Part shown: one piece after another, positions 20,485-30,132 of the stretch
Layout of the letters: every line of letters begins with the position of its first letter
How positions within the stretch are numbered: the stretch's first letter is position 1
DNA from: an uncultured delta proteobacterium
Lineage (GTDB): Bacteria; Myxococcota; Myxococcia; SLRQ01
Assembly: GCA_963727485.1 (NCBI GenBank)
Contig: CAVSGM010000001.1
Coordinates: forward strand, 992,001 to 1,056,000
Length of the DNA: 64,000 nt
Direction of reading: 5' to 3'
The notes under the pieces: model-generated
Databases searched by the model: none
Told to the model about the DNA's origin: nothing
Seen by the model: only the letters and a program-made list of their open reading frames with translations
Position numbers and translations under genes: made by a program

Positions 20485-21215
20485 CCGGCGCCGGTGACCG
20501 GGGCGAGGCCGAGGCGGGCGAGGGTGCGCCCGTCGGGGCCGTCGGCGACCACCACCCGGCGTCGCGCCACCCTCGCCGCCAGCGCCAGGGTCTCCCGGGT
20601 CAGGGGCGCGGGATCCGCCAGCGCCCGGATCACCGCGAACTCGGCCCGGGCCGCCCGGGCCCCGGGGAACATGGGGTCGAGGTAGACGAGGTCCACCGAC
20701 GCCGGCGCCGCGGCGGCGAGCCAGGGGCGGTGGTCGGCGTGCACCACCTCCACCCGCCGGCGCGCCGCCTCCACCGCCGCCTCGTGCCCGAGGGGTCGGG
20801 CGAGGCCCTCGGCGAGGAGGACCGCGAGCCACTGGCTCGACTCCAGGGCCACCACCCGGCCCCCGTCGCCGACGGCGTGGCCCAGGACCAGGGCGTCGCT
20901 CCCGGCGCCGGCGGTGGCGTCGACCACCGTGTCCCCGGGCCGGACCCCGAGGGTGTCGACCAGGGTGTCCCGCCCGCCCCGGGCCAGGGCCCGGACGCGC
21001 ACCACCCCCAGGCTCCCGTGGAAGCGCAGCGGCGGGCCGCCCCCCGGGAGGTGGTAGGCGAGGCCCCGGCGGCCGGCGACGGCGATGACCGGGGCACCGG
21101 TCTCGGCGAAGAGGCGCGCGAGGCCCCGGCGGGGGACGAAGGGGGCCCCGAGGCGACCCGCGAGGACGCGGGCCGCCTCGAGCTCCGACGCCGAGGCGCC
21201 GGCGGGCGCGGTCAC
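20448..21215 (-). CDS. SAM-dependent methyltransferase, RsmJ/YhiQ-like
   Basis: VVDATAGAGSDA, DLVYLDPMF, ARRRVVV. Confidence 0.75.
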   Translation of the reverse strand: MTAPAGASASELEAARVLAGRLGAPFVPRRGLARLFAETGAPVIAVAGRRGLAYHLPGGGPPLRFHGSLGVVRVRALARGGRDTLVDTLGVRPGDTVVDATAGAGSDALVLGHAVGDGGRVVALESSQWLAVLLAEGLARPLGHEAAVEAARRRVEVVHADHRPWLAAAAPASVDLVYLDPMFPGARAARAEFAVIRALADPAPLTRETLALAARVARRRVVVADGPDGRTLARLGLAPVTGAGHPRRRFGVLDV

Positions 21216-21660
21216 CCGCCGATCGGAGATCGGCGAGGACCTCGTCCGGGTGCCCCGTGGGATCGACCTTGGCATAGGCCTTCAGGACGGTCCCGTCGGC
21301 TCCGACCAGGTAGCTGATCCGCTTGGGGTACAGGTCCTGCTCCGAGCCGATGGCCCCGTAGGCGAGGCTCACCGCCCCGTCGACGTCGCAGAGCAGGGGA
21401 TAGGGGAACGAGAACTTCTCGGCGAACGCCCGGTTCTCCGCGACCGTGTCGCGGGAGATGCCGAGCACCACCGTGTCCTTGGCTTCGAACTCGCGGATTC
21501 GATCACGGAACCCGTTGCCCTCGATGGTTCACCCAGGGGTGTCGGCCTTGGGGTACCACCAGAGGAGCACGCGCTTGTCCCGGAGATCCGAGAGCCGGAC
21601 CGTCCTCCCGTCGTGGGCGGGGAGGGCGAAGTCCGGCGCCGCATCGCCGACCTTCAGCAT
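21212..21660 (-). CDS. bcp: BCP/PrxQ peroxiredoxin with in-frame UGA (probable selenocysteine) at the peroxidatic position; stop uncertain
   Basis: MLKVGDAAPDF..WWYPKADTPG-TGA(21531..21529)-TIEGNGFRD..VLGISRD..FAEKFSFPYPLLCD..RISYLVG, all one frame; GGAGG RBS. Confidence 0.85.
21494..21514 (-). promoter_or_regulatory. Candidate bacterial SECIS hairpin
   Basis: CGGGUUC-CGUGAUC-GAAUCCG, 7-bp stem (one G-U) starting 14 nt after the UGA, G at the second loop position. Confidence 0.6.
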
Positions 21661-21893
21661 GACGCCTCCGATTGCAGGGGTGAGGGGGTACGACCGCTTG
21701 AGTATCGTCGCGGCGACGGGGCGGTGACAACCGCCGGCGGGATTTGCCTCATGGCGCCCTCCGTCCCAACCTTGAGGGCCGCGGACGGCGGAGATGACGG
21801 CGCATCGCGTCATACCCCTTCGTTGCCCAGGGGCCGTTCGCCTGCTATCTCACCCCCGGCTTCACCCCAGCTCCATCACTCGGGAGACGGCGC

Positions 21894-22895
21894 ATGACAG
21901 GCAGCACGCTGAGAAAGAAGACCTCGGGCCAGCTCACCAAGGGCGACCTCAAGGAGATCCACCGGCTGATGGTGGAGGCCCGGGTGGCCGAGGAAAACCT
22001 CATCGCCATGTACCGCCGCGGCGACGGCTACTTCTGGATCGGCGGGCCGGGCGAGGAGGCCTTCGGGGTGTCCCTCGGCCTCCAGGTGCACAAGGGCGAG
22101 GGCCCCGCCTACGACTACCTCCACCTCCACTACCGGGGCTCGGCGACCTACGTGGCCATGGGCGGGCGGTCCATCGACCTCTTCCGCCAGATGCGCTCCA
22201 CGGTGAAGGACCCGTTCTCCGGCGGCCGGAACTTCTCCGACCACATCGCGGTCAAGGCGTGGAACATCGTCCCGGTGACCTCCACCATCGAGACCCAGTA
22301 CAGCCAGGCGCCGGGGACCGCGTGGATCCAGCGGCGCCACGGCGGCGAGGGGCTGTCCATCGTCACCGGCGGTGACGCCGGATCGGCCGAGGGCGACTTC
22401 GCCACCTGCCTCATCTGGTCCTCCCGGCCGGGCAACGAGGTCCCGCTGCTCATCGTGGTGGTGAACAACGAGTTCGGCATCTCCACCGAGAAGCACACCC
22501 AGTGGGCCATGGAGAACCTCGCCAGCCGCGCCGAGCCCTTCGGGATCCCGGTCAAGAGCTTCGACGGCAACGACGTGTTCAAGACCTGGGACGCGCTCCA
22601 CGAGGCGATGAGCTACATCCGCACCGAGCGCAAGCCCTACTGCGTGCAGGCCAACGTCTCCCGGCTCAACGGGCACAGCTCCGCCTCCGGCGCCGAGCGC
22701 AACGCCGAGCGCGACTGCCTCCCCGAGTTCGAGGCCCAGCTCCTCGAGCGCAAGGTGATGAGCAAGAAGGACCTCGCCACGGTCTGGGAGACCGTGCGCG
22801 AGCGGCAGAAGAACGAGATCGAGGAGGTCCGCGGCGAGGCCTTCCCCAAGGCCGAAACCATCTGGGACCACATCTACGCGGAAGGGGAGGTCTGA
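21894..22895 (+). CDS. 2-oxoacid dehydrogenase E1 alpha (TPP-dependent, probably branched-chain type)
   Basis: HYR, GDAGSAEGDF...VVNNEFGIST TPP motif, DGNDV, RLNGHSS. Confidence 0.9.
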   Translation: MTGSTLRKKTSGQLTKGDLKEIHRLMVEARVAEENLIAMYRRGDGYFWIGGPGEEAFGVSLGLQVHKGEGPAYDYLHLHYRGSATYVAMGGRSIDLFRQMRSTVKDPFSGGRNFSDHIAVKAWNIVPVTSTIETQYSQAPGTAWIQRRHGGEGLSIVTGGDAGSAEGDFATCLIWSSRPGNEVPLLIVVVNNEFGISTEKHTQWAMENLASRAEPFGIPVKSFDGNDVFKTWDALHEAMSYIRTERKPYCVQANVSRLNGHSSASGAERNAERDCLPEFEAQLLERKVMSKKDLATVWETVRERQKNEIEEVRGEAFPKAETIWDHIYAEGEV

Positions 22896-22896
22896 C

Positions 22897-24000
22897 ATGG
22901 CGAACATGGCCCAGGCGATCCGGATGGCCCTCCATGTGGGGGAGACGAAGCTCGGCGTCACCGACATCTTCGGTGAGGACGTCGGCGCCCCCCTCGGCGG
23001 CGTGTTCACCGTCACCCAGGGGCTGGAGTCGGCGTGGAACAGCCCCCTCGACGAGCGCGGCATCGTGGGGATGGCCATCGGCATCGGCCTCACCGGCACC
23101 CGCTGCGTCGCCGAGATCCAGTTCTGCGACTACGCCCTGAACGCCTACGACCAGATCCGCCAGGCGGGGATGGTCCACTGGGCGACCAACGGCGAGTACC
23201 ACCTGCCCATCGTCCTCAAGACCCCGGTGGGCGCCGGCATCCACGGCTCCATCTACCACTCCCACTCCTTCGACACCTTCGCCACCCACAACCCCGGGTG
23301 GAAGATCGTGTGCCCCTCGACGCCGCTGGACGCCTACGGGCTGATGATCTCGGCGATCAAGGACCCCAACCCGGTGCTCTTCATGGAGCCCAAGGCGCTG
23401 CTCCGCATCCGGGGCGAGGAGCGGATCCCCGGGGAGCCCGCGGACGAGAAGACCCTCAAGCAGAGGATCGACAAGCCCGTGGGCAAGGGCGCCGATCCCA
23501 ACTGGGTCCCCGACTGGCCGGACACGGAGATGTACGAGGTGCCCATCGGCAAGGCGCGGTTCTTCCGCACCGGCGAGAGCGCCACGGTGGTGAGCTGGTC
23601 GCGGCACGTCCACATGGCCGCGAAGGCCGCGGACGAGCTGGCCAAGGAGGGGCTGACCTTCGACGTCATCGACCTGCGCAGCCTCTTCCCCTACGACTGG
23701 GACGCCATCTGCCAGTCGGTGGAGAAGACGAGGCGGCTCATCGTCATCAACGAGGACACCGAGGTCACCAACTTCGGCGAGCACCTCATCCGCCGGGCGG
23801 TGGACGAGATGTTCTACCTCTTGGAGGCGCGGCCGAAGCTCCTCGCCGGGGCCAACACCCCGGGCATCGGCATCGCCCCGGTCCTCGAGGAGGCCAGCGT
23901 GCCCCAGCCCCAGGACGTCCTGGAGGCGATGCGGGCGGTGGCCACCGAGCGCGGCTTCGGGGCGGAGCATGCCCCGCGGGTGGTGAGCGCCTCCCGGTGA
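22897..24000 (+). CDS. 2-oxoacid dehydrogenase E1 beta
   Basis: FGEDVG..GGVF..T.GL, PLDERGIVG, EIQFCDY, HSHS, DPNPVLFMEPK, DLRSL.P.D. Confidence 0.92.
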   Translation: MANMAQAIRMALHVGETKLGVTDIFGEDVGAPLGGVFTVTQGLESAWNSPLDERGIVGMAIGIGLTGTRCVAEIQFCDYALNAYDQIRQAGMVHWATNGEYHLPIVLKTPVGAGIHGSIYHSHSFDTFATHNPGWKIVCPSTPLDAYGLMISAIKDPNPVLFMEPKALLRIRGEERIPGEPADEKTLKQRIDKPVGKGADPNWVPDWPDTEMYEVPIGKARFFRTGESATVVSWSRHVHMAAKAADELAKEGLTFDVIDLRSLFPYDWDAICQSVEKTRRLIVINEDTEVTNFGEHLIRRAVDEMFYLLEARPKLLAGANTPGIGIAPVLEEASVPQPQDVLEAMRAVATERGFGAEHAPRVVSASR

Positions 24001-24082
24001 TTCCCCCGCGGATCCGGGGCGCGCGTCGTCCCGGATCCCCCGGGCGGGCATGGCGCCCGCACCCCAGGTGTTGCCCGGGGGC

Positions 24083-24964
24083 ATGAAGGTCCTCCACCTC
24101 TCCGACGTCCACCTCGCCCCGGTCGTCCCCGGGCGGCCCCCGTGGCACGGCGGGTGGCGGCGGCTCCTGGCCCAGGTGGAGCTCAAGCTCATGGGCCGGG
24201 CCCGGCGCTACGTCGACGCCCCGCAGGCCCTGGCCCGGATCCTCGAGGAGGCCGCCTCGCTCGGGGTGGACCACCTGGTCCTCTCCGGCGACCTCACCGT
24301 CCTCGCCCGGGACGAGGAGTTCGCCCTGGTGGCCGAGGCCCTCGGGCCGCTCACCGGCCAGCCGGCGCGCCTCACGGTGGTCCCGGGCGACCACGATCGC
24401 TACACCCCCGGGAGCCACCGGGACCGGCGCTTCGAGCGTCACTTCGCCTTGCTGCTGGCCTCGGACCTCCCCGAGTACCAGGTCGAGGGGGCCTTTCCCC
24501 TGGTGCGCCTGGTGGGTGACGACCTGGCGGTGGTCGGCCTCGACTCCACCCGGGTGCCGCCCTTTCCCGGGCTCGCCTACGGCCGGGTGGGGGCGGCCCA
24601 GCGCGAGGCGCTGGCGGCGCTCCTCGACGACGACCGCCTCGCCGGGCGCAGCGTCCTGGTCACCTTCCACCACGCCCCCTACGATCACACCGGCCGGCCG
24701 GAGCTCTGGACCCACGGCCTCCACGACGCCGGCGCCGTCCTCGACGTCTGCGCCGCCAGGGGCGTGGCCGCGGTCCTCCACGGCCACGTACACCACCGCT
24801 ACCGCCGGGCCTGCCCCCGCACCGGGGTGGAGATCTTCGGCGCCGGCTCGTCCACCCTGGCCGGCGACGAGGGCTACTGGCTCCTGGAGCTCGAGGGCGG
24901 GCGGGTGATCTCGGCCGAGGCCCTGGCGCCGGCGCCCGCGGGGGACGCGGCCCTGGCGCTCTGA
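24083..24964 (+). CDS. Calcineurin-like metallophosphoesterase
   Basis: HLSDVH, SGDLT, PGDHD, HHAP, LHGHVH. Confidence 0.85.
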   Translation: MKVLHLSDVHLAPVVPGRPPWHGGWRRLLAQVELKLMGRARRYVDAPQALARILEEAASLGVDHLVLSGDLTVLARDEEFALVAEALGPLTGQPARLTVVPGDHDRYTPGSHRDRRFERHFALLLASDLPEYQVEGAFPLVRLVGDDLAVVGLDSTRVPPFPGLAYGRVGAAQREALAALLDDDRLAGRSVLVTFHHAPYDHTGRPELWTHGLHDAGAVLDVCAARGVAAVLHGHVHHRYRRACPRTGVEIFGAGSSTLAGDEGYWLLELEGGRVISAEALAPAPAGDAALAL

Positions 24965-25018
24965 TCCGCGTCCCCGTGCCATCGGGGATCGGATGTTGTA
25001 TAGGTTCGATCGAGCGCC

Positions 25019-25564
25019 ATGGACATGGACACGCAGGCACCGAGCAAGCGAAGCCTCCTCGAGCGGCTCCTCGACCAGGGCATGGTGATGGTCCACCTCG
25101 ACGCCCGCCGGGAGGGTGTCGACGTCCCCGGGACCTTCCGCCCCGAGGCCGACCTCCGCCTCAACTTCTCCTACCGCTTCGCCCACGGCAATCTCGCCCT
25201 CGGCGACGACGAGATCAGCGCCACCCTCAACTTCGACCGGGGGCCCTACCGCTGCGAGGTGCCCCTCTCGGCGATCTTCGCCGTGGTCAGCCACGTCACC
25301 GGCGAGGGCTTCTTCTTCCCCGGCGACGCGCCCCCGGAGGCGTTGGCGGCCCTGGCGGCGATGGTCACCCGGGACGAGGACGGCGAGATCGAGCTCCCCC
25401 GCCCCGGCGAGACCGCCCCGGAGGTCTCGGGCGACGAGGACCTGCCGGCGCCGGTGGGCAAGCCGGTGCTGCGCGCCATCGACGGCGGCGGCGAGAACGA
25501 CGAGGCCGAGGACGAGGACGCCGAGCGGCCTCGACGCCCGCCGCACCTCCGGGTGGTGAAGTAG
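25019..25564 (+). CDS. sspB: ClpXP specificity-enhancing factor SspB family
   Basis: VHLDARREGVDVP, LNFS, ATLNF, acidic linker, C-terminal RPPHLRVVK ClpX-binding tail. Confidence 0.82.
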   Translation: MDMDTQAPSKRSLLERLLDQGMVMVHLDARREGVDVPGTFRPEADLRLNFSYRFAHGNLALGDDEISATLNFDRGPYRCEVPLSAIFAVVSHVTGEGFFFPGDAPPEALAALAAMVTRDEDGEIELPRPGETAPEVSGDEDLPAPVGKPVLRAIDGGGENDEAEDEDAERPRRPPHLRVVK

Positions 25565-25570
25565 TCCGAG

Positions 25571-26815
25571 ATGTCGACGCCCGCCCGTCCGCGACTCCGA
25601 CCCATCGAGCTCTTGCCCTTCGTCACCGACGAGGGCCAGGCGGTGCTCCTGCGCGATCCCGCGGGCATCGGCGGCGACCCGGTGGCCCTGGCGCCGGCCG
25701 GCGCCTTCCTCGCCAGCCGCTTCGATGGCAGCCGCACCGTGGAGGAGCTCCGCGCCGAGCTGGTCCGCGCCAGCGGCGGGGTGGTGGTCAACCTCTCGGA
25801 GGTCGAGGGGCTGGTGCGCCTCCTCGACGAGCGGGGCTTCATCGAGGGCGAGGGCTACGCCCGGCGCCTCGCCGCCGCCCGGGCCGAGTGGGAGGCTGCG
25901 CCGGTGCGCCTTCCCGCCCACGCCCCGGTGGTCTACCCCGAGGACCCCGAGGCCCTGCGCTCGGTGCTCACCGGCTACTGGCGTGCGGGCCCGGGCAGCG
26001 CGCCCACCGCCGGCGAGGCCGATCCGTCGCTCCGGGGGGTGTTCGCGCCCCACATCGATCTCCGGGCCGGGGGCGCGGTGATGGCCCACGCCTACGACGC
26101 GCTGCTGCGCCAGGCCCCGGACGCCGATCTCTTCATCCTCCTGGGCACCGGCCACGCCCCCTGCGAGGGGCGGGTGGCGCTGACCCGCAAGGACTACGGC
26201 ACCCCGCTGGGGACCCTGCGCACCGACGTCGCCGCGGTGGAGCGCCTGGCCTCGGCGGTGCCGGGCGACGCGTTTGCCTCCGAGCTCAACCACCGCAGCG
26301 AGCACTCCCTCGAGTTCCAGGCGGTGTTCCTGGTCCACGCCCTCAGGGAGGCGCTCGGGGCCGAGGCGGTGGAGCGGGTGCGGGCGGTGCCGGTGCTGGT
26401 GGGCTCCTTCCACGACCTGGTGGCGTCGGGCGCCGATCCCATGACCGACCCCCAGGTCGCGGGGCTGGTCGAGGGGATCCGGGCCCTGGTGGCGGCACAC
26501 CCGGGGCGGGCGGTGGTGGTCGGCGGCGTCGATCTCGCCCACCTCGGCCGGCGCTTCGGGGGCGACGACTTCACCGACGCCGGCCTCCCGGACCTCGAGC
26601 GCCGGGACCGGGGCTTCCTCGACGGCGTGGTGCGGGGCGACGCCGGCGCCGTCCTCGCCGACGTGGTCGCCGACACCGACGGCCGGAACTACTGCGGCTT
26701 CCCGCCGCTGTGGGTCATGACCCGGAGCCTCGGGCCCGGCCAGGGCCGGGTGCTGGGCTATGGCTCCGATCTCTCCGAGGGCGCGGTGGTGACCTTTGCC
26801 GCCGGTGCCCTCTAG
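25571..26815 (+). CDS. MEMO1/AmmeMemoRadiSam protein B with N-terminal extension
   Basis: APHID..G, LGTGH, TPLG, EHSLEFQ, DLAH.G, NYCG. Confidence 0.85.
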   Translation: MSTPARPRLRPIELLPFVTDEGQAVLLRDPAGIGGDPVALAPAGAFLASRFDGSRTVEELRAELVRASGGVVVNLSEVEGLVRLLDERGFIEGEGYARRLAAARAEWEAAPVRLPAHAPVVYPEDPEALRSVLTGYWRAGPGSAPTAGEADPSLRGVFAPHIDLRAGGAVMAHAYDALLRQAPDADLFILLGTGHAPCEGRVALTRKDYGTPLGTLRTDVAAVERLASAVPGDAFASELNHRSEHSLEFQAVFLVHALREALGAEAVERVRAVPVLVGSFHDLVASGADPMTDPQVAGLVEGIRALVAAHPGRAVVVGGVDLAHLGRRFGGDDFTDAGLPDLERRDRGFLDGVVRGDAGAVLADVVADTDGRNYCGFPPLWVMTRSLGPGQGRVLGYGSDLSEGAVVTFAAGAL

Positions 26816-26834
26816 GACCGAAACGAGGGGACCG

Positions 26835-27791
26835 ATGCAGGTGCGGGTGCTGTTTCACGACAACTGCTTCGACGGGATGTGCTCCGCGGGGCTCTTCCGC
26901 GACTACTACCTCAAGCACCAGGACCCGTCGGCGGAGGTGGTCTTCGGGGGGCTGGCCCACGGCCCCACCGGCGGGCTCACCAGCGGGCGCCTCGACGGCG
27001 AGGTGAACGCGGTGGTCGACTTCCGCTACCTCGTCGACCCCCGCCTCACCTGGTGGTTCGACCACCACCGCTCGGGCTTCCCGGGCGCGAGCGACCGGGC
27101 GCACTTCGAGGCGGACCGGTCCGGGCGCAAGTACTTCGACCCCACGGCGCCCTCGTGCGCCGGGTTCATCGCCCGGAGCCTCGCCCGGGACCACGGCTAC
27201 GATCCTTCGCCCCACGCCGAGCTGCTGCGCTGGGCGGACATCATCGACGCCGCCCGCTTCCCCGAGCCGAGGACCGCGGTGGAGCTCGAGGAGCCGGCCC
27301 TCAGGCTCATGCTCTGGATCGAGCACAGCCGGTCCTTCGAGGAGCGGGTGGCGCTCATCGACCGGATGCTCGGAGGCTCCCTCGAGGACGCGGTGAACGC
27401 GCCCTTCGTCAAGCCCGTGGTGGCGCGCCTCCTCGAGGAGCACCGGGAGATGATCGGCGCCTTCGAGCAGCGCTGCCACCGGGCGGGCTCGGTGGTCTTC
27501 TGCGACCTCACCGACCTCTCGGTGAGCGCGGTGAACAAGTTCATCCCCTACTACCTCTTCCCGGACGCCCGGTACGCGGTGGTGGTCAGCCGCTCGCCGA
27601 GCCGGAGCAAGGTCAGCGTCGGCTACAGCCCCTGGCAACCCGCCGGCGAGCGCGAGCACGACATCTCCGCCCTCTGCGAGCGCTACGGCGGCGGCGGGCA
27701 CCCGGTCGTCGGCGCGGTGACCCTCTCGGCCGGCGAGGCCGACGAGGTGGTGCGGATCGGGCGCGAGATGGCCGAGGTGCTGCGGGCCTGA
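26835..27791 (+). CDS. DHH/DHHA1 family phosphoesterase
   Basis: FHDNCFDG, VDF, FDHH, GGGGHPVVG. Confidence 0.85.
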   Translation: MQVRVLFHDNCFDGMCSAGLFRDYYLKHQDPSAEVVFGGLAHGPTGGLTSGRLDGEVNAVVDFRYLVDPRLTWWFDHHRSGFPGASDRAHFEADRSGRKYFDPTAPSCAGFIARSLARDHGYDPSPHAELLRWADIIDAARFPEPRTAVELEEPALRLMLWIEHSRSFEERVALIDRMLGGSLEDAVNAPFVKPVVARLLEEHREMIGAFEQRCHRAGSVVFCDLTDLSVSAVNKFIPYYLFPDARYAVVVSRSPSRSKVSVGYSPWQPAGEREHDISALCERYGGGGHPVVGAVTLSAGEADEVVRIGREMAEVLRA

Positions 27792-27938
27792 CGCGGTCCG
27801 GTGGGGGCGGGCGCGCGGGACGGGCACATGGCCCGCCCCGCGCTGTGGCCGGCTCGGCCTTGGTGTCTGGGGTGCTCGGCGGGCCCCAGCGCCCCGGGAA
27901 CGGCAACCAGGCAACGCTCCGCCGACAACGGTGCAGGA

Positions 27939-28014
27939 GGGCGGGGACGTCCGGGACCCCCCGCGAGGAGTGGCGAAGCGTCCCCCGGAGCGGGGGGCCC
28001 GGACGTCCCCGCCC
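27939..28014. repeat. Long inverted repeat between convergent genes
   Basis: GGGCGGGGACGTCCGGG(A)CCCCCCGC ... GCGGGGGGCCCGGACGTCCCCGCCC; 25-bp stem, one bulge, 25-nt loop. Confidence 0.75.
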
Positions 28015-28022
28015 GGCCGCCC

Positions 28023-28706
28023 CTACCCCTGGAGCGCCGCGAACGCGTCCATCAGGAGCGGATCGAAGGCCCGCTCGATGCACCGCGCCTGGGGATCCAC
28101 CAGGCCGCGGTCGAAGCAGTAGCGCCCCTCCTTGAGCCCGAGGACGACCAGGAACGCGTCCATGCCCGCGCGGTCCCGGCTCCGGGCGCCGACGATCTCG
28201 CCGCCGGAGAACACCAGGGTGCCGACGCGGTCGCCGGCGACCGAGAGGGTGCCCGTCTCCCGGCGCTGGTGGAGGAACTGGAGGAGGGCGAAGAGGCCGT
28301 CCTGGTCGGCCTGGCCGGCCAGCGCCCCGTTGTGGGGGGCGCGGGTGGCCAGGGCGGCGCGGACCACGTCGAGGATCGGCCCCTCGCCGAGGGCCCGGGG
28401 GGCGATCTCGTCGGCGCCCACGGCCCGGGCGGTGGTGCGGTCCTCGGCGGCGACCTGGTCCTTGAGGAGGACGATGCGGACCACGTCCGGGGAGAGCTCC
28501 TCGCGGATGGAGAGGGCCAGGCCGTAGCCGTCGAGGCCCGGGAGCGCGACGTCGGCGACCACCAGGGCGGGCTGGGAGGCCAGGGCCTTGTCCAGGGCGG
28601 CGTGACCGTCCACCGCCAGCAGGGTCCGGTGGCCCTCGGTGCGCAGGGCGGAGCGGAGCACCTCCTGCCGGGTGTCGTCGGGGTCGGCGATGAGGACCGA
28701 GGCCAT
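28023..28706 (-). CDS. Receiver domain + DUF4388-like protein
   Basis: VLIAD, PALVVADVALPGLDGY; LQFLHQRRETGTL..G.LVFSGGEIVGA. Confidence 0.78.
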   Translation of the reverse strand: MASVLIADPDDTRQEVLRSALRTEGHRTLLAVDGHAALDKALASQPALVVADVALPGLDGYGLALSIREELSPDVVRIVLLKDQVAAEDRTTARAVGADEIAPRALGEGPILDVVRAALATRAPHNGALAGQADQDGLFALLQFLHQRRETGTLSVAGDRVGTLVFSGGEIVGARSRDRAGMDAFLVVLGLKEGRYCFDRGLVDPQARCIERAFDPLLMDAFAALQG

Positions 28707-28819
28707 CTGCCGCCCAGGCTACCACCGGTCCCGGTGGGGAGCCATGCCGGTGTGCACCTGGCGCCCGGCGCTTGTGGTAGGTGCCCTGGGCCGCTAGATT
28801 CGCGGGCCGGAGACCCCCC

Positions 28820-29641
28820 ATGGAGCCCCCCGACGATCGCCGCCGCCTCGAGACCCTGGAGAAGCGCCTGCTCCTCGAGGTCGGCCGCTGCAACCAGGAC
28901 TTCGGCCTCATCGAGGACGGGGACCGGATCCTGGTCGGCGTCTCCGGGGGCAAGGACAGCCTGACCCTCCTCCACCTCCTCCACCTGGTCCGGCGCCGAT
29001 TGCCGGTGCGTTTCGAGGTCCTGGGGGTCACCCTCGACCAGGGCCACCCGGGCTTCCCCGCCGACCGGCTCGTCCGCTGGGCGGCGGACCTGGGCTACCC
29101 CTTCGAGGTGGTCCGCCGGAACACCTACCAGGTGGTCCTCGACAAGGTCCCCGAGGGGAAGACCTTCTGCTCCCTGTGCTCGCGCCTGCGCCGGGGCATC
29201 CTCTACCAGGCCGCGGTGGACCGGGGGTGCACCAAGATCGCCCTGGGGCACCACCGCGAGGACCTCATCGAGACCCTGCTCCTCAACCTCTTCTACTCGG
29301 GGCAGCTCAAGGCCATGCCGCCGCGGCTGGTGAGCGACGACGGGCGCAACGTGGTCGTCCGGCCCATGGCCTACGTCGCCGAGGCGGCCATCGCCGAGTA
29401 CGCCGAGGCCATGGGCTTCCCGGTGATCCCCTGCGACCTCTGCGGGTCCCAGTCGGACCTCAAGCGCCAGCAGATCAAGGGCCTCCTCGGCGCCCTCGAC
29501 GCCGAGAACGATCACGTCAAGGGCAACCTCCTGGCGGCCCTGGGCAACGTGGTGCCCGGGCACCTCCTCGACCGCCGGCTCCTGGCCCGCCTCGCCGCCG
29601 CCGAGGACGACGACGCCCCCCGGGTGGCGGCCGGCGCCTGA
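28820..29641 (+). CDS. ttcA: tRNA 2-thiocytidine(32) synthetase
   Basis: SGGKDS PP-loop, CSLCSRLRRGILY, ALGHH, IPCDLCGSQ. Confidence 0.93.
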   Translation: MEPPDDRRRLETLEKRLLLEVGRCNQDFGLIEDGDRILVGVSGGKDSLTLLHLLHLVRRRLPVRFEVLGVTLDQGHPGFPADRLVRWAADLGYPFEVVRRNTYQVVLDKVPEGKTFCSLCSRLRRGILYQAAVDRGCTKIALGHHREDLIETLLLNLFYSGQLKAMPPRLVSDDGRNVVVRPMAYVAEAAIAEYAEAMGFPVIPCDLCGSQSDLKRQQIKGLLGALDAENDHVKGNLLAALGNVVPGHLLDRRLLARLAAAEDDDAPRVAAGA

Positions 29642-29677
29642 CGACCGCCGCCCCGGCCGGAACCCTTCGGAGCAACC

Positions 29678-29998
29678 ATGGACGAGCGACCGAACGATCG
29701 CGTCGACACCCTCAAGCAGTTCGTCGCCGAGAGCCCCGACGATCCCCTGCCGCGCTACGGCCTGGCCATGGAGTACCGGCGCCTGGGGCAGCTCGAGGCC
29801 TCGGACGAGGCGTTCCGGCAGATCCGCGCGCGCTTCCCCGACTACCTGCCCCAGTACCTCATCCACGGCCAGGTCCTCGAGGCCCTCGGCCGGACCGACG
29901 CCGCCCGGGAGGCCTACACCCTGGGGCTCGAGAAGGCCCGGGCCACCGGGGAGGCCCACGCGGCCCGGGAGCTCGAGGCCGCCCGCGACGCCCTGTGA
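29678..29998 (+). CDS. Small TPR-like protein
   Basis: PDDPLPRYGLAMEY, PDYLPQY..GQVL..LG. Confidence 0.75.
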   Translation: MDERPNDRVDTLKQFVAESPDDPLPRYGLAMEYRRLGQLEASDEAFRQIRARFPDYLPQYLIHGQVLEALGRTDAAREAYTLGLEKARATGEAHAARELEAARDAL

Positions 29999-30096
29999 AG
30001 CCAGCGCCTCACCTGCCACCCACGCTTCGCAGCGACCGCCCCGGGCCTGCGTGTGGCTCTCACGGGATTACAGTACCTTGGCCAGCCCGTGCAGGG

Positions 30097-30112
30097 TGGC
30101 GTCGTTCTTGCT
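30097..30112 (+). promoter_or_regulatory. Sigma54-type -24/-12 promoter
   Basis: TGGCGTCGTTCTTGCT (GG-N10-GC), 20 nt before ATG 30133. Confidence 0.6.
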
Positions 30113-30132
30113 AAACCCCCAGCCGGCGCGAC

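Noticed and set aside
21894..24000. E1 alpha/beta without adjacent E2/E3 as a novel complex
   Set aside because: Split 2-oxoacid dehydrogenase loci are common; partners are probably elsewhere in the genome
24380..24400. GDHD instead of GNHD in the metallophosphoesterase
   Set aside because: Single conservative change that could be natural variation or base error; other motifs are intact
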